Assembly: GCF_963921235.1 (NCBI RefSeq)
Contig: NC_086107.1
Location: 105,402,001-105,466,000 of the forward strand
DNA: 64,000 nucleotides
Direction: 5' to 3'
Origin: Mobula hypostoma
Lineage: Eukaryota
This document shows positions 13,670 through 27,244 of the stretch, piece by piece. The notes under the pieces are model-generated. The model saw only the letters and a list, made by a program, of their open reading frames with translations, was not told the origin of the DNA and did no database searches. The stretch's first letter is position 1, and every line of letters starts with the position of its first letter. The position numbers and the translations under genes are program-made.

Positions 13670-14342
13670 TTGTGCACGAATCACAAAAGGTTGGTTTGCA
13701 GGTGCAGCAGGCTATCAAAAGAAGGCAAGTGGAACGTTGGCTTTCATTGCCAGAGGGATTGAATTTAAGAGCAGGGTGGTCATGCTGCAACTGTACGGGG
13801 TCCTGGTGAGATCGCATCTGGAGTACTGCGTGAAGTTCTGCTCTCCTTACTTGTGGAAAGATATGCTGGCTTTGGAGGTGGTGCAGAGGAGGTTCACCAG
13901 GTTGACTCCAGAGAAGAGGAGGTTAGACTATGAGGAAAGATTGAGATGCCTGGGACTGTACTCGTTCGAATTCAGAAGAATGAGTAGAGATCTTATAGAA
14001 AAATATAAAACTATGATAAGATAGAGACAGGAAAGTTGTTTCCACTGGTAGGTGAGACTAGAATTAGGGGACATAGCCTCAAGATTTGGGGAGTAAATTT
14101 AGGATGGAGATGAGGAGGAACTGCTTTTCCCCAAAGAGTGGTGAATCTGCGGAATTCTCTGCCCAATGAAGCAGTGGAGGCTACCTCAGTAAACAGCTAT
14201 TTGCATAGTAGGGGAATTAAGGGTTACGGGGAAAAGGCGGGTAGGTGGAGATGAGTCCATGGCCAGATCAGCCATGATCTTATTGAATGGTGGAGCAGGC
14301 TCGACGGGCCAGATGGCCGACTCCTGCTCCTATGTTCTTATG
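13670..14342 (+). mobile_element. CR1 3' fragment
   Basis: MAFIARGIEFKS..LVRSHLEYC..VQRRFTRL and a CR1-type 3' UTR. Confidence 0.85.
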
Positions 14343-16854
14343 AACAGGGTGGATGGGACCCTTCGTGATGTCACTGGCCCTTTTCCGGCACCCTTCTGAA
14401 TATATGTGCTTGTCAGCGGGTAGGCCATAGCCCCGTTCTGTCTGCCCATTGGGGATCCTTCCTGCCTGCTGCAGTGCAAATTCCATAGCACGCAGTGATG
14501 CAGCTTTTTATGATGTGATCTATTGCGCATCCGTGGAACGTGGGAGTGAGGACGTGTGAGGTGCAGGTCTTTTCAGCCTGCTCAGAAGCTAGAGGTGTTG
14601 GCGAGCTCTCTTGCCTCATGTGTCCTGGGACCATGGGAGGCTGCGTGAGATGTGAAGTCCCAGGAGTCTGAAGCTGCCACCAGTGCTGATCTCCTGGGAT
14701 TTTCATGCACAGCAGTCTCTGGAGTTTACGGTGTGAAAAACAAAAAAAAAATCTAGTGAGCATCAGCAGTTCCTGGGGAGAAAATGAGAGGGGTCAGAGG
14801 AGAATGGCCAGACTGGATCAAGCTGGAAGGAAGGCAACAGTAACTCAAGTAACAGTTACTCACATTACAACAGTGGTGTAAAGAAGAACATCTCTGAACA
14901 CACAATACATCAAACCTTGCAGTCGACGGGCTCCAGCAGCAAAAGACCATGAACATACACTCAGTGGCCACTTTATAGTTACGGGGTGGGAGGGGGAATG
15001 TCGATTCAGACCATGAGGAGCCTGCGTCGGGCATTTTCATGCCTTACAAGGCGCAGATTGGAAGTCTGTGTGGGGCACCACTCCTCACACAGACTAGAGC
15101 AATGTGTGATTAAGTGCCTTGCTCAAGGGCACAAACACGCTGCCACAGCTGAGGCTCAAACTAGCAACCTTCAGATTACTAGACGAGCGCCTTAACCGCT
15201 TGGCCACGTGCCCAACATGAAGTTACGGCAGGTAGCTAATAAAGTGGCCACTGAGTGTAAAATCCTGTTGTGTTATGGTCATAGTTCCCCCTACGGGCTC
15301 CTCTTCAATGTTATTCATTCAATCCTTTCTCACCACGCAATGCAAGATCCAAAACTGATTTTTGGGATAAACTTTGGGATTGAGGGACCAAGGTCCAGAA
15401 ACACCCCTGGCTTAGGATCTTGTCATATCTTGTTGTAACTGTAATGTTTCTTCTGTTTGTAGAGCGGTTTATTTTAGCTTAAAACCTTAAGTTCAGGTGA
15501 TTGCAGTGCCAGACCCCTCTGTATTGTCTGATTTCTTACCCATATGGAACCCCCATTACTATAACCCCTGCTGCTTAACATTTATATTCAACTTACATTT
15601 AATGTAGTTTATTAATTATATGTCACCCTGGATTTCCAGCATCTGCAGAATCTCCTTGGTTCGCATAGTGTGCTATTTTTATCTTGATTTTACTTTACTT
15701 TTTCTTTCCTTTACCAAACGAGGAATCAAGGGGTTGGGTGTAAAGAAAGAGTTAAACTTGATCCCTCCTTTGTATATGCTAAAATGTGTAATGCCAAATG
15801 GAGGTTTCTAACACAATATGGTGTCAGGTTGGAATGTGATTATAATCTGGAGATGTGCACGTCCTTTTGAATAGGTACTGGGTGGAGAATGGTTTCCTCC
15901 CTACGGAAAGTTGTCTCTCTCTCTCTAAGTCATGTGCCCAGGTCAAAGGTCATAAGAGATAAGCAGGGACAGGATGGTACCGCTAGGGGATGGAAAAGCA
16001 CTGGGGTGGAAGTTATGCTAAAGTTTTGAAGGGATCTTGAAGAGTTTAAATGGAGGTGATTTATTTGTGCAAGTGAAAATCTTCTCTCAGCTGGATCACA
16101 AGTAGTGTTAAGAGCTAGAGATAAGGACAAGGACGTGAGAGGGAGGGACAGAGGGAGGGAAAGACTGGAAAAGCTGTCAGACCCTTCAAAGGTTCAAAAT
16201 ACATTTATTATCAAAGTATGTGTGCAGTATACAACCCTGAGATTCCACTACAGGTTCAAAATGTCAAGCCTTGAAGTGGATGGGCTACAGCAGCAGAAGA
16301 CCATGAAAATGCACTCAGTGCATTCCGGTACTTTAATTAGGTACGGGAAATGGACAGTCGATGTCTCGGGTCAGCTGAAGGGTGATGAAGGATCTCAGAC
16401 CAAAATGTTAACAGTCCATTTCACTCGACAGGTGCTGCCTGGTCCACTGAGTTCCTTCTGTGTAAAACAGACATCAGGGAGGGGTGACGTTTTGAGTACA
16501 GCTCCTACGTGGGTGATCAAATACTCCCTTTACAAGCCTCTACAGCTGAAATCTGCAGGCTAGTACACTACAGGAACACTAAGTGTACTGGTCCCGATGT
16601 GTCCCAGTTAACCGGAATCCACTGTAATCCCTTTACAACTGCAGGCAGGTACATTGTACTAACACTATTTCGGGTTAATTCAAACAACTAGGGATCTCAG
16701 AGCCTGCAGACCCAGGAATCCAGACCATCATGGAGCGAGTGAGGCAGCTGCAAGTTCAGGGGATGCCTCCATTATCTCAGGAAACATGGCTGCCAGGAGG
16801 AGGTTGGGAGGCGGTGTTGTTGGTGGGGAGATAAAACAGAAATACAGGGACATT

Positions 16855-18530
16855 AGAACCCCACCTCCATCTTCCTGGACAATGTTATGCAGTCTCTAGA
16901 AATTACACTAAAGACCTCAGGGCAAGACTACAGTACCAGAGCGACATTAGGGACTGTTGCATACTCTGCTTCACAGAGACATGGCTCACTTCCAGCACTC
17001 CGCTCCAGCCGTAGGGCTTCATCATCCGTGGACCGGACAAGGGCGTCAGGTAAAGATGGAGGAGGCAGCATTTGCTTCATGAGTAACTCTCTGTTGTGCA
17101 CAGATGTGGAGGTTCTGTCCCAGTCCTGCTCCCCTGCATGTTATCTGTTCTATCAACTGAGGGACTCCTCCTCCATCATTCCCTGGCCACTGTCAGGGTG
17201 GCACCAGAGGAGCTGAGCACTGTGATCAACAGTTACAAGACAACACACCCTTATGCCTTCCCAATCAAGGGGGACTTCAACCAGACCAGCTTTAAGAAGT
17301 ACCTGACACACTACCACCAACATGTCACCTACAGAGCCGGAGAAGCCAACACAGTCCTGGTTTCACAACCATCAAATCCAATCACCTGGCTGTACTTCTA
17401 CTCCTGGCAGAGACTGCGGGCCACAGCGCCGGTAATGAGGACCGCGAAGGTATGGTCAAGAGGGGCAGAGGAGCATTTACAGAGCTGCTGTAAATCAGTG
17501 GACTGCACCATATTCAGGGATTAATCTTCGGATCTGAGTGAATATGCCACAGCTATCAATGACTTCATCAAGACCTGCATGGATTGAGTGTGTTCCTTTG
17601 AGAGCATATGGCATCTTCCCAAACCGGCAGCGCTGGAGTCTGCTGAGGGTTAGGTCTGCGGTGTTCAAGAACGTTGATCCAGAAATCTACAAGAAGTCCC
17701 GGTACCAACTACTGAGGAATAGTCAAAGTCAACGTAAATTTATTATTGTGTGTATATCTTACTATATACTACTTTGAGATTAAATTTCTTGCAGGTATTT
17801 ACTGGTAAGGTGGAGATGTGTCTTATCAAAGGAGGTGTAAGGTGCTCCTTCCCTCCGCTAGCCTGCAGGTCACCCTTGGGCAAGGTGTAGCACCTGCTTT
17901 GCCCCTCGATTAGGGTTATGTGAAGCCATGGGAGCAGGTGGTGGATGGCCGTATGAACAGCTGATGCACGTCACAAGTCCTGGTTACGCAACCACGGCAG
18001 AAAATCTCTGAAGAGTATTGATAATGGCTGGGGTCACCCGTCTTTGTAAAGACACTGACCAGAAGAAGGCCATGGCAAACTTTTGGAGAAAAATTTACCA
18101 AGAACAGGCATGGTCAAGACCATGATCGCCTGTGTCATACGGGATGGCACATAGTGATGATGTCATCTGGCACGGCACATGGTGATGATGTCATATGGCA
18201 TGACACATAGTGATGATGTCATATGACACGGCACATAATGATGATGATGAATTATACAAGAAAATAAAGAAATAAAGAGAGTGAAAAGACAAATCCATTT
18301 GAAGTTAAAGCCACAATCAGATGCCATTACTTCCTACAAGGCAAAACCTAATGGCATAAATGGCAGTGATGCTTCACCTTTCGATGAGCTCAATACTTTA
18401 CAGGCACACTTTGGAAGGGAGGATGACACTACGCCCGTATGAATCCCGTGACACTGTGACCTCTGTCTCAGCGATCAATGTCAGAAAATCCTTCAATAGG
18501 GTGAACGATCAGTCCCCAACAATGTACCTG
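16855..18530 (+). mobile_element. Degraded Rex/Babar-like LINE APE region, interrupted by a SINE-like repeat (~17810-18250)
   Basis: GGGSICFMSN, GDFNQTSFKK..YHQHVT and VWSRGAEEHLQSC remnants; the insert ends in tandem ~28-bp GGCACATAGTGATGATGTCAT units. Confidence 0.65.
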
Positions 18531-19339
18531 GAAGGGCTGTGGAGGCCGAGTCCTTGAGTATTTTTAGACCGGAGTTTGATAGGTTCTTGGTTCGTCAGGA
18601 GGAGGCAAGAGAACAGGGCTGAGAGAGATAATAAATCAGCCATGATGGAATGGTGGAGCAGACTCGATGGGCCTAGTGGCCTAATTCTGCTCCTATGTCT
18701 TGTGATCTTATGGTCTAATGAGATGTCTTTGAACCAGGTGGGTATTCATGATATTTCCACAGCCTTAGAGAGAGATAAAGGTCAGTTCCTCATCTTTATG
18801 CTTTTGAAAAGAAGTTCACGTTCTGAAACTGTCCCTGATGGGATTTGATCCTTATTCTCTGCAGTACTGGCCCAGCAACTCAGCCACGATGTTTCACCCA
18901 GTGAACAATAGGATTGCGGAGACACAAGAGCAACATTCCCCGTATTTTTAACCAGCTGGGCAGACCAAAGATTCAAAGTACGTGCGCAGTACACAACCCT
19001 GAGATTCTTCTTCTCACAGATGGCCACAAAACAAAGAAAACCATGGAACCCATTCAAAGGAAAACGTCAAACCCCCAACATGCCAAAAAAAAAGAACAAA
19101 TTGCGCAAACGGCAAAAATGAGTGATAAAACACAGAATATAAAACATCAAACCACAAAGTCATCAAAGCAGCCCAGGAATGTTCAGTTCAGTTTGATCTA
19201 GCGCTGTGTCGTTTGTTGACTGCAGGCCACAGACAGCCCGCCCCGGTCAAAAGTTGCACAAAGTAGCAACACGAAAGGAGCAGCCAGAAACCAGAAACAC
19301 ATCATAACGTGAACTACAGAGTCCATCCATTGCTCTGAG

Positions 19340-19962
19340 CGGGAAATTGTTAGATGGCCTGAAAAGTGTGCAGCATTTTACATGTTTTGTTAAATACATA
19401 CCATGAATATTTAGAATGAAAATTGAAAAATCACTTACTTTTGATTTTACTTATTAATTGAAGGGTGTAATGAAATAAATTACAACAAAGAAATTCTTAT
19501 ACATTTCATAAACCTTTTCTCATCTGTCTTTATTACAAATCCATTGTCTATAAGCATTATTCGGATTAATTTTGCATCCAGATGAAAGATAGAGTACATC
19601 TTCACCCTCATTAGACTATCCAAAGGTTCTGGTCTGTTTCTGGATTTATATTTGATTAAATTGATAAAACTGAATCCACATTCATAGTCAGCACCAGAAG
19701 CTTGAAATGTTCCAACGATGTCAACATGAATTGTCAGTTCTTCAAATTCTTTGTTTCTAAGCACATATCACATATCAGTGAGCGTCTTTACTGCACCAGT
19801 TTTAACTTTCTCAGAACTTTTGAAATCACAGTATTGCTGCAATATTTTTGAGACAATGCTTTCATTGTATATAAATTAAAATTCCAGCTGCATGGCAACA
19901 AAGGCTATGTGCGTGGGAGCATTTCAGTTATTGTGCAGCAGTGCAGCTTAGAGGGAACAGTG
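19340..19962 (-). mobile_element. hAT transposon remnant (C-terminal dimerization domain)
   Basis: ASGADYECGFSFINLIKYKSRNR..LDSLMRV resembles the hAT S..CERGFS.MN.IK...RNRL motif. Confidence 0.7.
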
Positions 19963-20559
19963 CATAAGAGGTTCTAGAATCTGGAGCTGGAGGAGCTCAG
20001 TGGGTCAGGCAGCATCTGTGGAAGGAAATAGACAGTCAGCATTTCAGGAAAAGACCCTTCACCTGGAGTGACAGATTGAGGGGAGGTAGGCAGTGTAAAG
20101 AGATAGGGAAGGAGTGGAGCAAGACCTGGTAGGTGATAGGCGGATCCAGGTGAGGAGGGGTATAGGTAGGTAGAGGAGGAGAAAGCAGGAATAGCCACAG
20201 AGGCTCAAAGGTGATGGGTGGGGGCAACGAGTGGCAGCAGATAATGGAATCTGATAGGAGACGAAGGTGGAGCATGGAATCTAGGAAGCAAGGTGGGGAG
20301 GGCAGGTGGGAACTGATGGGTAGCGGACCCAGTGGAAGGAGTGTGTGGGTGATGGGCAGATGCAGAGGGTGGAGGAGAGGAAAGAACCACTGATGAGTAA
20401 TTGTAGGATGAACTAGATAAATCAGGAGGAGAGCGAAAAGGGACAAAGGAGGGAGCAGGTTGCCTGAACTTTGACAGGCTTGTTATGGGTACAAAAATCT
20501 GGGGGGCCTTGGAATGAAATTTTTAAATTGGTTAACACTTAATCATTATGTGCCTGTCA

Positions 20560-21290
20560 TTCCCTCTTACAATTTAAAGTGGTTCATAGTGCTCACATGT
20601 CTAAAGATAAGCGATCTCGTTTTTATTCGGATATACCTCCTTTCTGTGATAGATGTAATAATGGAGAGGGTTGGACAAGTCCGAGCCCTGAAAGATACTG
20701 GAAGGAAGTATTCCAAACTTTCTCGGTACTTTTCAAGGTAAATTTTAAGCCATAACCCTTTGACTGCATTATTTGGTATTGTTGGAGGAAAATACTTTAT
20801 TTTGGAGACACACTGATTTGCATATTTTGGCTTTTATCTCTCTTACAGCTGGGAGGACGGTGTTGCTTAAATGGAAGGGTGTTGTTCTGCCTACTCATAC
20901 TCAATGGTTACGTGATGCTATGTCATGCTTAAATTTAGAGAAGATCCATTGTTCAGTTTTTGAATCTAGCCAAGACTTTTATACATTGTGGGGACCATTT
21001 TTGAGTTATTTTCAAAACCTTTGATTTGTTGTAAAGATACAGATGGTGGCTAATAATATATTTTATTATATGATAAGGGTTTTTTCCCCCTTTTTTCTTG
21101 CTTTTCCTAACAGCTCTGATTTTGGTAGTGGGTTTAGATTTTTTTTCTGTATGACAAAATTATTATATTTCAATATTACGATTTAATTTAATTTTTATGA
21201 ATACAGGGTTTTGTGATTGTAATTGTATTTGGTACTATTTTATTTTTTTCTTTTGACTTACAATATATATCTTCTTGTACTCTGTAATCT
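20560..21290 (+). mobile_element. L1-clade LINE ORF2 C-terminus and 3' UTR
   Basis: ISLTAGRTVLLKWK..PTHTQWLRDAMSCLNLEKI..LWGPFLSYF, followed by a T-rich UTR. Confidence 0.7.
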
Positions 21291-22769
21291 TCTAACATAG
21301 AACATAGAACATAGAATAGTACAGCACAGTACAGGCCCTTCGGCCCACAATGTTGTGCCGACCCTCAAACCCTGCCTCCCATATAAGCCCCCACCTTAGA
21401 TTCTTCCATATACCTGTCTAGTAATCTCTTAAACTTCACGAGTGTATCTGCCTCCACCACTGACTCAGGCAGTGCATTCCACGCACCAACCACTCTCTGA
21501 GTAAAAAACCTTCCTCTAATATCCCCCTTGAACTTCCCACCCCTTACCTTAAAGCCATGGATAAAGCCATCCTTTCTATATAGAAACTAATAAAAATATT
21601 GAAAGAGAAAAATCTGGGGGCCAGAACAAATAATCCTTAGTTCAGCTCGCCCACTACAGCTGGGAATTTCATAAAATTCCACAATCAATTTCATCGATCC
21701 TTCATCTCATGTTCTCCTTATTTATTGCTGTTTATTTATGTTTGTTGTCTTCTGCACTCTGGTTGAATACCCTAGTTGAGTAGTCTTTCAGTGATTCTAT
21801 TAAAGTTACTATTCTATAGACTTGTTGAGTACGCCCACAGGAAAATGAATCTCAGGGTTGTATGTAATGACATATATGTACTTTGATAATAAAAAAAATT
21901 ACTTTGAACTTCAATAATCAGGAAAATTCCAGTTCACTAAGGTCCTTCACGGAAGGGACAGGGAGGAATATGTTTGGCTCTTTGCTGATTCCAGCAAAGG
22001 CCAGCAAGCCTTCATGATATCAAACACAAATGTGCAGCATTATAGGGGTAAAACTGGACCATAGCCCAATGACATGGACTGTGCTGTGACTGAATGACAT
22101 CTTCCTGTGTGTATCCAGGGCAATCAATGCTGGCCCTGTGAGATAAAGGTTCTGGGTCTTGGTGTAATCCGATTTCATCTACAGAGGGGCTGTAGACTCA
22201 CCCGGCTCCATCCCAGCACAACCCTCCTGGCCACTGAGGTCACCTTCAAAAGGCGGAGCCTCAAGGAGGGAGCGTCCATATGAAGGGCCCTCACTATCTG
22301 GGAGATACCTCTTCTTGTTTCTGCCATTGGGGAGAAGGAACAGGAGCTTTAAGATTCTCACAATGTTTTAGGAACAGCTTCCTCCCCTCTGTCATCAGAT
22401 TTCTGAACCCATGAATACTACCTCGTTATCCATCTTTTGCACGATTTGTTTATTTTGTGACTTATAGTATTTTTTTATGTCTTGCGTTGCACCACTGCTG
22501 CAAAACGACAAATTCTCACGACTTACGTAGGTGATAATAACCCTGACTGTGATTTTGAGAAGGACGTCTCGCAGATTGCCCTCACCGTAACAGCTCTCCT
22601 GTGCCCACTGCTGGTCAGTAGTGGAATAACATTTGCCCAAGGCAAATCCTGGGGATTTGGTAAAAATGTTCAAAAATTCAAAGTAAATTTATTATCAAAG
22701 TACATATATATTACAATATACTACCCTGATACATTTTCTTGCAGGCATTCACAGTAAATACACAGTAAA

Positions 22770-25700
22770 CACCTGAACCCGAAGGGGACCAATATCCTGG
22801 CGGGTAAGTTTAATAGAGCTGTTAGGGAGGGTTTAAACTAATTTGGCAGGGGGATGGGAACCGGAATGATAGAGCAGAGGAAGGGGAAAACAGAAATAAA
22901 TCTAAGATAGTGAGCAGTAAAGATGTCAGGAAAGACAGGCTGGTGACGGGGCAAATTTGTAGCCATTGGGATGAGTTGCAGTGCAATAAAGTTGCAGTGT
23001 AATCAAAGCAAAAAGTACCAAATACTGGTCTTAAGGTGTTATACTTAAATGCACGCAGCATAAGGAATAAAGTGGATGATCTTGTCATACAGCTACAGAT
23101 TGGCAGGTATGATATTGCGGCCATCACTGAGACCTGGCTAAAGGATGCATGTCTCTGGGAGCTGAACGTCCAAGGATACACGGTGTATCAGAAGGATAGG
23201 AAGGTAGGCAGAGGGGGAGGCTTGGCTTTACTGGTAAGAAATGATATTAAATCATTAGGAAGAGGTGATATAGAATTGGAAGGTGCAGAATCTTTATGGG
23301 TTGAGCTAAGAAATTGCAGGGGTAAAAGGACCCTGATGGCAGTTTTTTATAGGCCTCCAAACAGCTGCAGTGATGTGGACTACAAATTACAACTGGAAAT
23401 AGAAAAGGCTTGTCAGAAGGGCAGAGTTATGATAATTGTGGGGGATTTTAACATGCGAGTGGATTGGGAAAATCAGGTCGGCAATGGATCTCAAGAGAGA
23501 GAATTAGTAGAATGTCTGCGAGAAGGCTTTTTAGAACAGCTTGTTGTTGAGCCCACTAGGGGATCAGCTGTACTGGATTGGGTATTGTGTAATGAACCGG
23601 AGGTGATTAGAGAGATTGAGGTGAAGGAACCCTTAGGAGACAGTGATCATAACATGATTGAGTTCACTGAGAAATTTGAAAAAGAGAAGCCGAAATCTGA
23701 TGTGTCGGAGTTTCAGTGGAGTAAAGGAAATTACAGTGGCATGAGAGAGAAACTGGCCAAAGTTGACTGGAAAGGGACACTGGCGGGAAAGACGGCAGAG
23801 CAGCAGTGGCTGAAGTTTATGCGAGAAGTGAGGAAGGTGCAAGACAGGTATATTCCAAAAATGAAGAAATTTTCAAATGGAAAAAGGATGCAACCATGGC
23901 TGACGAGAGAAGTCAAAGCCAAAGTTAAAGCAAAGGAGAGGGCATACAAGCAAGCAAAAATTAGTGGGAAGACAGAGGATTGGGAAGTTTTTAAAAGCTT
24001 ACCAAAGAAAACTAAGAAGGTCATTAAGAGGGAAAAGATTAACTATGAAAGGAAGCTAGCAAATAATATCAAAGAGGATACTAAAAGCTTTTTCAAGTAC
24101 ATAAAGAGTAAAAGACAGGTGAGAGTAGATATAGGACCAATAGAAAATGATGCTGGAGAAATTGTAATGGGAGATAAGGAGATGGTGGAGGAACTGAACG
24201 AGTATTTTGCATCAGTCTTCACTGAGGAAGACATCAGCAGTATACTGGACACTCAAGGGTGTCAGGGAAGAGAAATGTGTGCAGCCACAATTACAACAGA
24301 GAAAGTACTCAGGAAGCTGAATAGTCTAAAGGTAGATAAATCTCCCGGACCAGAAGGAATGCACCCTCGTGTTCTGAAGGAAGTAGCTGTGGAGATTGTG
24401 GAGGCATTAGCGATGATCTTTCAAAAGTCGATAGATTCTGGCATGGTTCCGGAGCATTGGAAGATTGGAAATGTCACCCCGCTATTTAAGAAGGGGGCAA
24501 GGAAGCAAAAAGGAAATTATAGACCTGTTAGCTTGACATCGGTGGTTGGGAAGTTGTTGGAGTCGATTGTCAAGGATGAGGTTACAGAGTACCTGGAGGC
24601 ATATGACAAGATAGGCAGAACTCAGCATGGATTCCTTAAAGGAAAATCCTGCCTGACAAACCTATTACAATTTTTTGAGGAAATTACAAGTAGGCTAGAC
24701 AAGGGAGATGCAGTGGATGTTGTATATTTGGATTTTCAGAAGGCCTTTGACAAGGTGCCACACATGAGGCTACTTAACAAGATAAGAGCCCATGGAATTA
24801 CGGGAAAGTTACATACGTGGATAGAGCGTTGGCTGATTGGCAAGAAACAGAGAGTGGAAATAAAGGGATCCTGTTCTGGTTGGCTGCTGGTTACCAGTAG
24901 TGTTCCACAGGGGTCTGTGTTGGGGCCGCTTCTTTTTACATTGTACATCAACGATTTGGATTATGGAATAGATAGCTTTGTGTCTAAGATTGCTGTCGAT
25001 AGGAAGATAGGTGGAGGGGCTGGTAGTGCTGAGGAAATGGAGAGACTGCAGAGAGATTTGGATAGATTGGAAGAATGGGCAAAGAAGTGGCAAATGAAAT
25101 ACAATGTTGGAAAGTGTATGGTTATGCACTTTGGCAGAAGAAATAAATGGGCAGACTATTATTTAAATGGGGAAAGAATTCAAACTTCTGAGATGTAGCG
25201 GGACTTGGAAGTCCTCGTGCAGGATACCCTTAAAGTTAACCTCCAGGTTGAGTCAGTGGTGAAGAAGGCAAATGCAATGTTGGCATTCATTTCTAGAGGA
25301 ATAGAGTATAGGAGCAGGGATGTGATGTTGAGGCTCTATAAGGCGCTGGTGAGACCTCACTTGGAGTACTGTGGGCAGTTTTGGTCTCCTTATTTAGGAA
25401 AGGATGTGCTGACGTTGGAAAGGGTACAGAGAAGATCCACTAGAATGATTCTGGGAATGAGAGGGTTAACATATGAGGAACGTTTGTCCGCTCTTGGATT
25501 GTATTCCTTGGAGTTTAGAAGAATGAGGGGAGACCTTATAGAAACATTTCGAATGTTGAAAGGCATGGACAGAGTGGATGTGGCAAAGTTGTTTCCCATG
25601 ATGGGGGAGTCTAGTACGAGAGGATATGACTTAAGGATTGAAGGGCGCCCATTCAGAACAGAAATGCGAAGAAATTTTTTTAGTCAGAGGGTGGTGAACC

Positions 25701-25921
25701 TATGGAATTTGTTGCCACGGGCTGCAGTGGAGGCCAAGTCATTGGGTGCATTTAAGGCAGAGATTGATAGGTATCTGAGTAGCCAGGGCATCAAAGGTTA
25801 TGGTGAAAAGGCGGGGGAGTGGGACTAAACGGGAGAATGGATCAGCTCATGATAAAGTGGCGGAGCAGACTCGATGGGCCGAATGTCTGACTTCTGCTCC
25901 TTTGTCTTATGGTCTTATGGG
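22770..25921 (+). mobile_element. CR1 LINE, 5'-truncated: ORF1 esterase tail, nearly complete ORF2 (APE + RT) and 3' tail
   Basis: ORF 23036-25198 has APE motifs (YLNARS, ITETW, GDFN, SDH) and RT motifs (NYRPVSLTS, QHGF, DFQKAFD, VPQGSVLGP). It continues in frame as 25205-25828 after a TAG. ORF1 end HLNPKGTNILAG; (TCTTATGG)n tail. The catalytic FADD motif reads IAVD. Confidence 0.95.
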
Positions 25922-26021
25922 GTAAATATAGGAAATGCAATAGAATCAATGTAAGTCCACCTTCAGCAGGATGTTCAAACAACCAATGTGCAAATGACAA
26001 CAAACAGTGCAAATACAAAAA

Positions 26022-26023
<2 letters not shown>

Positions 26024-26053
<30 letters not shown>
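26024..26053. repeat. (AAT)n microsatellite
   Basis: About 10 perfect AAT units. Confidence 0.95.
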
Positions 26054-26056
<3 letters not shown>

Positions 26057-27240
26057 CCCAACAAATTGACCCCATGTACCAAAACAAAACATGTAATCAA
26101 AATTTGCAAACATTGTTAATACTCTCGACAATATAAATATGCCACAATATTTAGGAAAACTTGAAACATTTGAAGAACTACACACAGTAACATACAGTAC
26201 AGCATGGCAATGCAGTGCAATGGCTCCAAAATAGAGGCACTCATTAATAGAAACCTAAAACTGAGTAATGAAATGAGAATACTGAAATGACAGAAGAAAC
26301 AAAACTGTAACCTTAAGAGCAGAAATAGCCCACCTAGTGGAGTATAAAATGGATAACATGAGCAAGAAAGTTCAGAGAAAAGCTGAGGAAATACCAAGCA
26401 AATATCAGGTCCATACAATATATGATGAAGCTAACAAAAGCATTGTAGAATTCATAGATACACTAAACAAAAGCTTGGTGCATACAAAGCCAGACAAAAT
26501 AAATACACGAAATGTGCCAGATGAAGAAAGTGGAGCTATCAGTTCAGGAACAATGATACACATTTATGCAGGACTTTGAAACTAAATTCAACTCACCAAA
26601 ATGTCATCAACCTTTGGCACAGGATTACCAACAAACACAGAGATAATGAACTTTTGGTCAAATATCTAGTCAAACAGGGTGAAGCACAATCAAGAAACAA
26701 ACTGGATTAGGGAGGAAAAAGAACACACTCACACAATTAAAGACATGCAAGCACCTGAAGTTACAATGGATATTCTAAAAGTGATTATGAAAAATACCCA
26801 CAACTGGAAAGGTACTGGCAGTGATAATATTCATAATTATTGGTATAAAAATGTACCTGCCTTCATCTATACCTATTAATACATATCAACAATTTTCTTA
26901 AAATCCTGAAAAAGTGCCCTGATCTTACCTTTTGGAAAAATCACAGAAGATCCATCAAAATATCTTCCTATTACTTGTTTACAAACTATATATAAAATTG
27001 TAACATTACGCATCCCGCAACTAATCACCACTCACTTAGATAGCCTCAATATACTTACAGAAGAGCAGAAAGGATGCCGTAAAGGTATGAAAGGGTGGAT
27101 GTAAAGAACAACCGATAATAGATTCTGTAATTCTAAATCAAGCCTGGCGGGAAAGGAGAAATCTTTCATGTTGCTATATTGACTACCAAAAAGCACTTGA
27201 TTCTATCCCACGTTCAATTAATAGAAGCTCTTAATATGTA
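26054..27240 (+). mobile_element. R4/Dong-clade non-LTR retrotransposon fragment next to (TAA)n
   Basis: Remnant motifs NWKGTGSDNIHNYWYK, PSKYLPITCLQTIYKI, EEQKGCRKG..GCKEQ..IDSVI and YIDYQKA.DSIP; begins directly after the (AAT)n tract at 26024-26053. Confidence 0.75.
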
Positions 27241-27244
27241 TAAG

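Noticed and set aside
23036..25198. 720-aa ORF as a host gene or active retrotransposon
   Set aside because: CR1 ORF2 with a mutated catalytic motif, an in-frame stop and 5' truncation.
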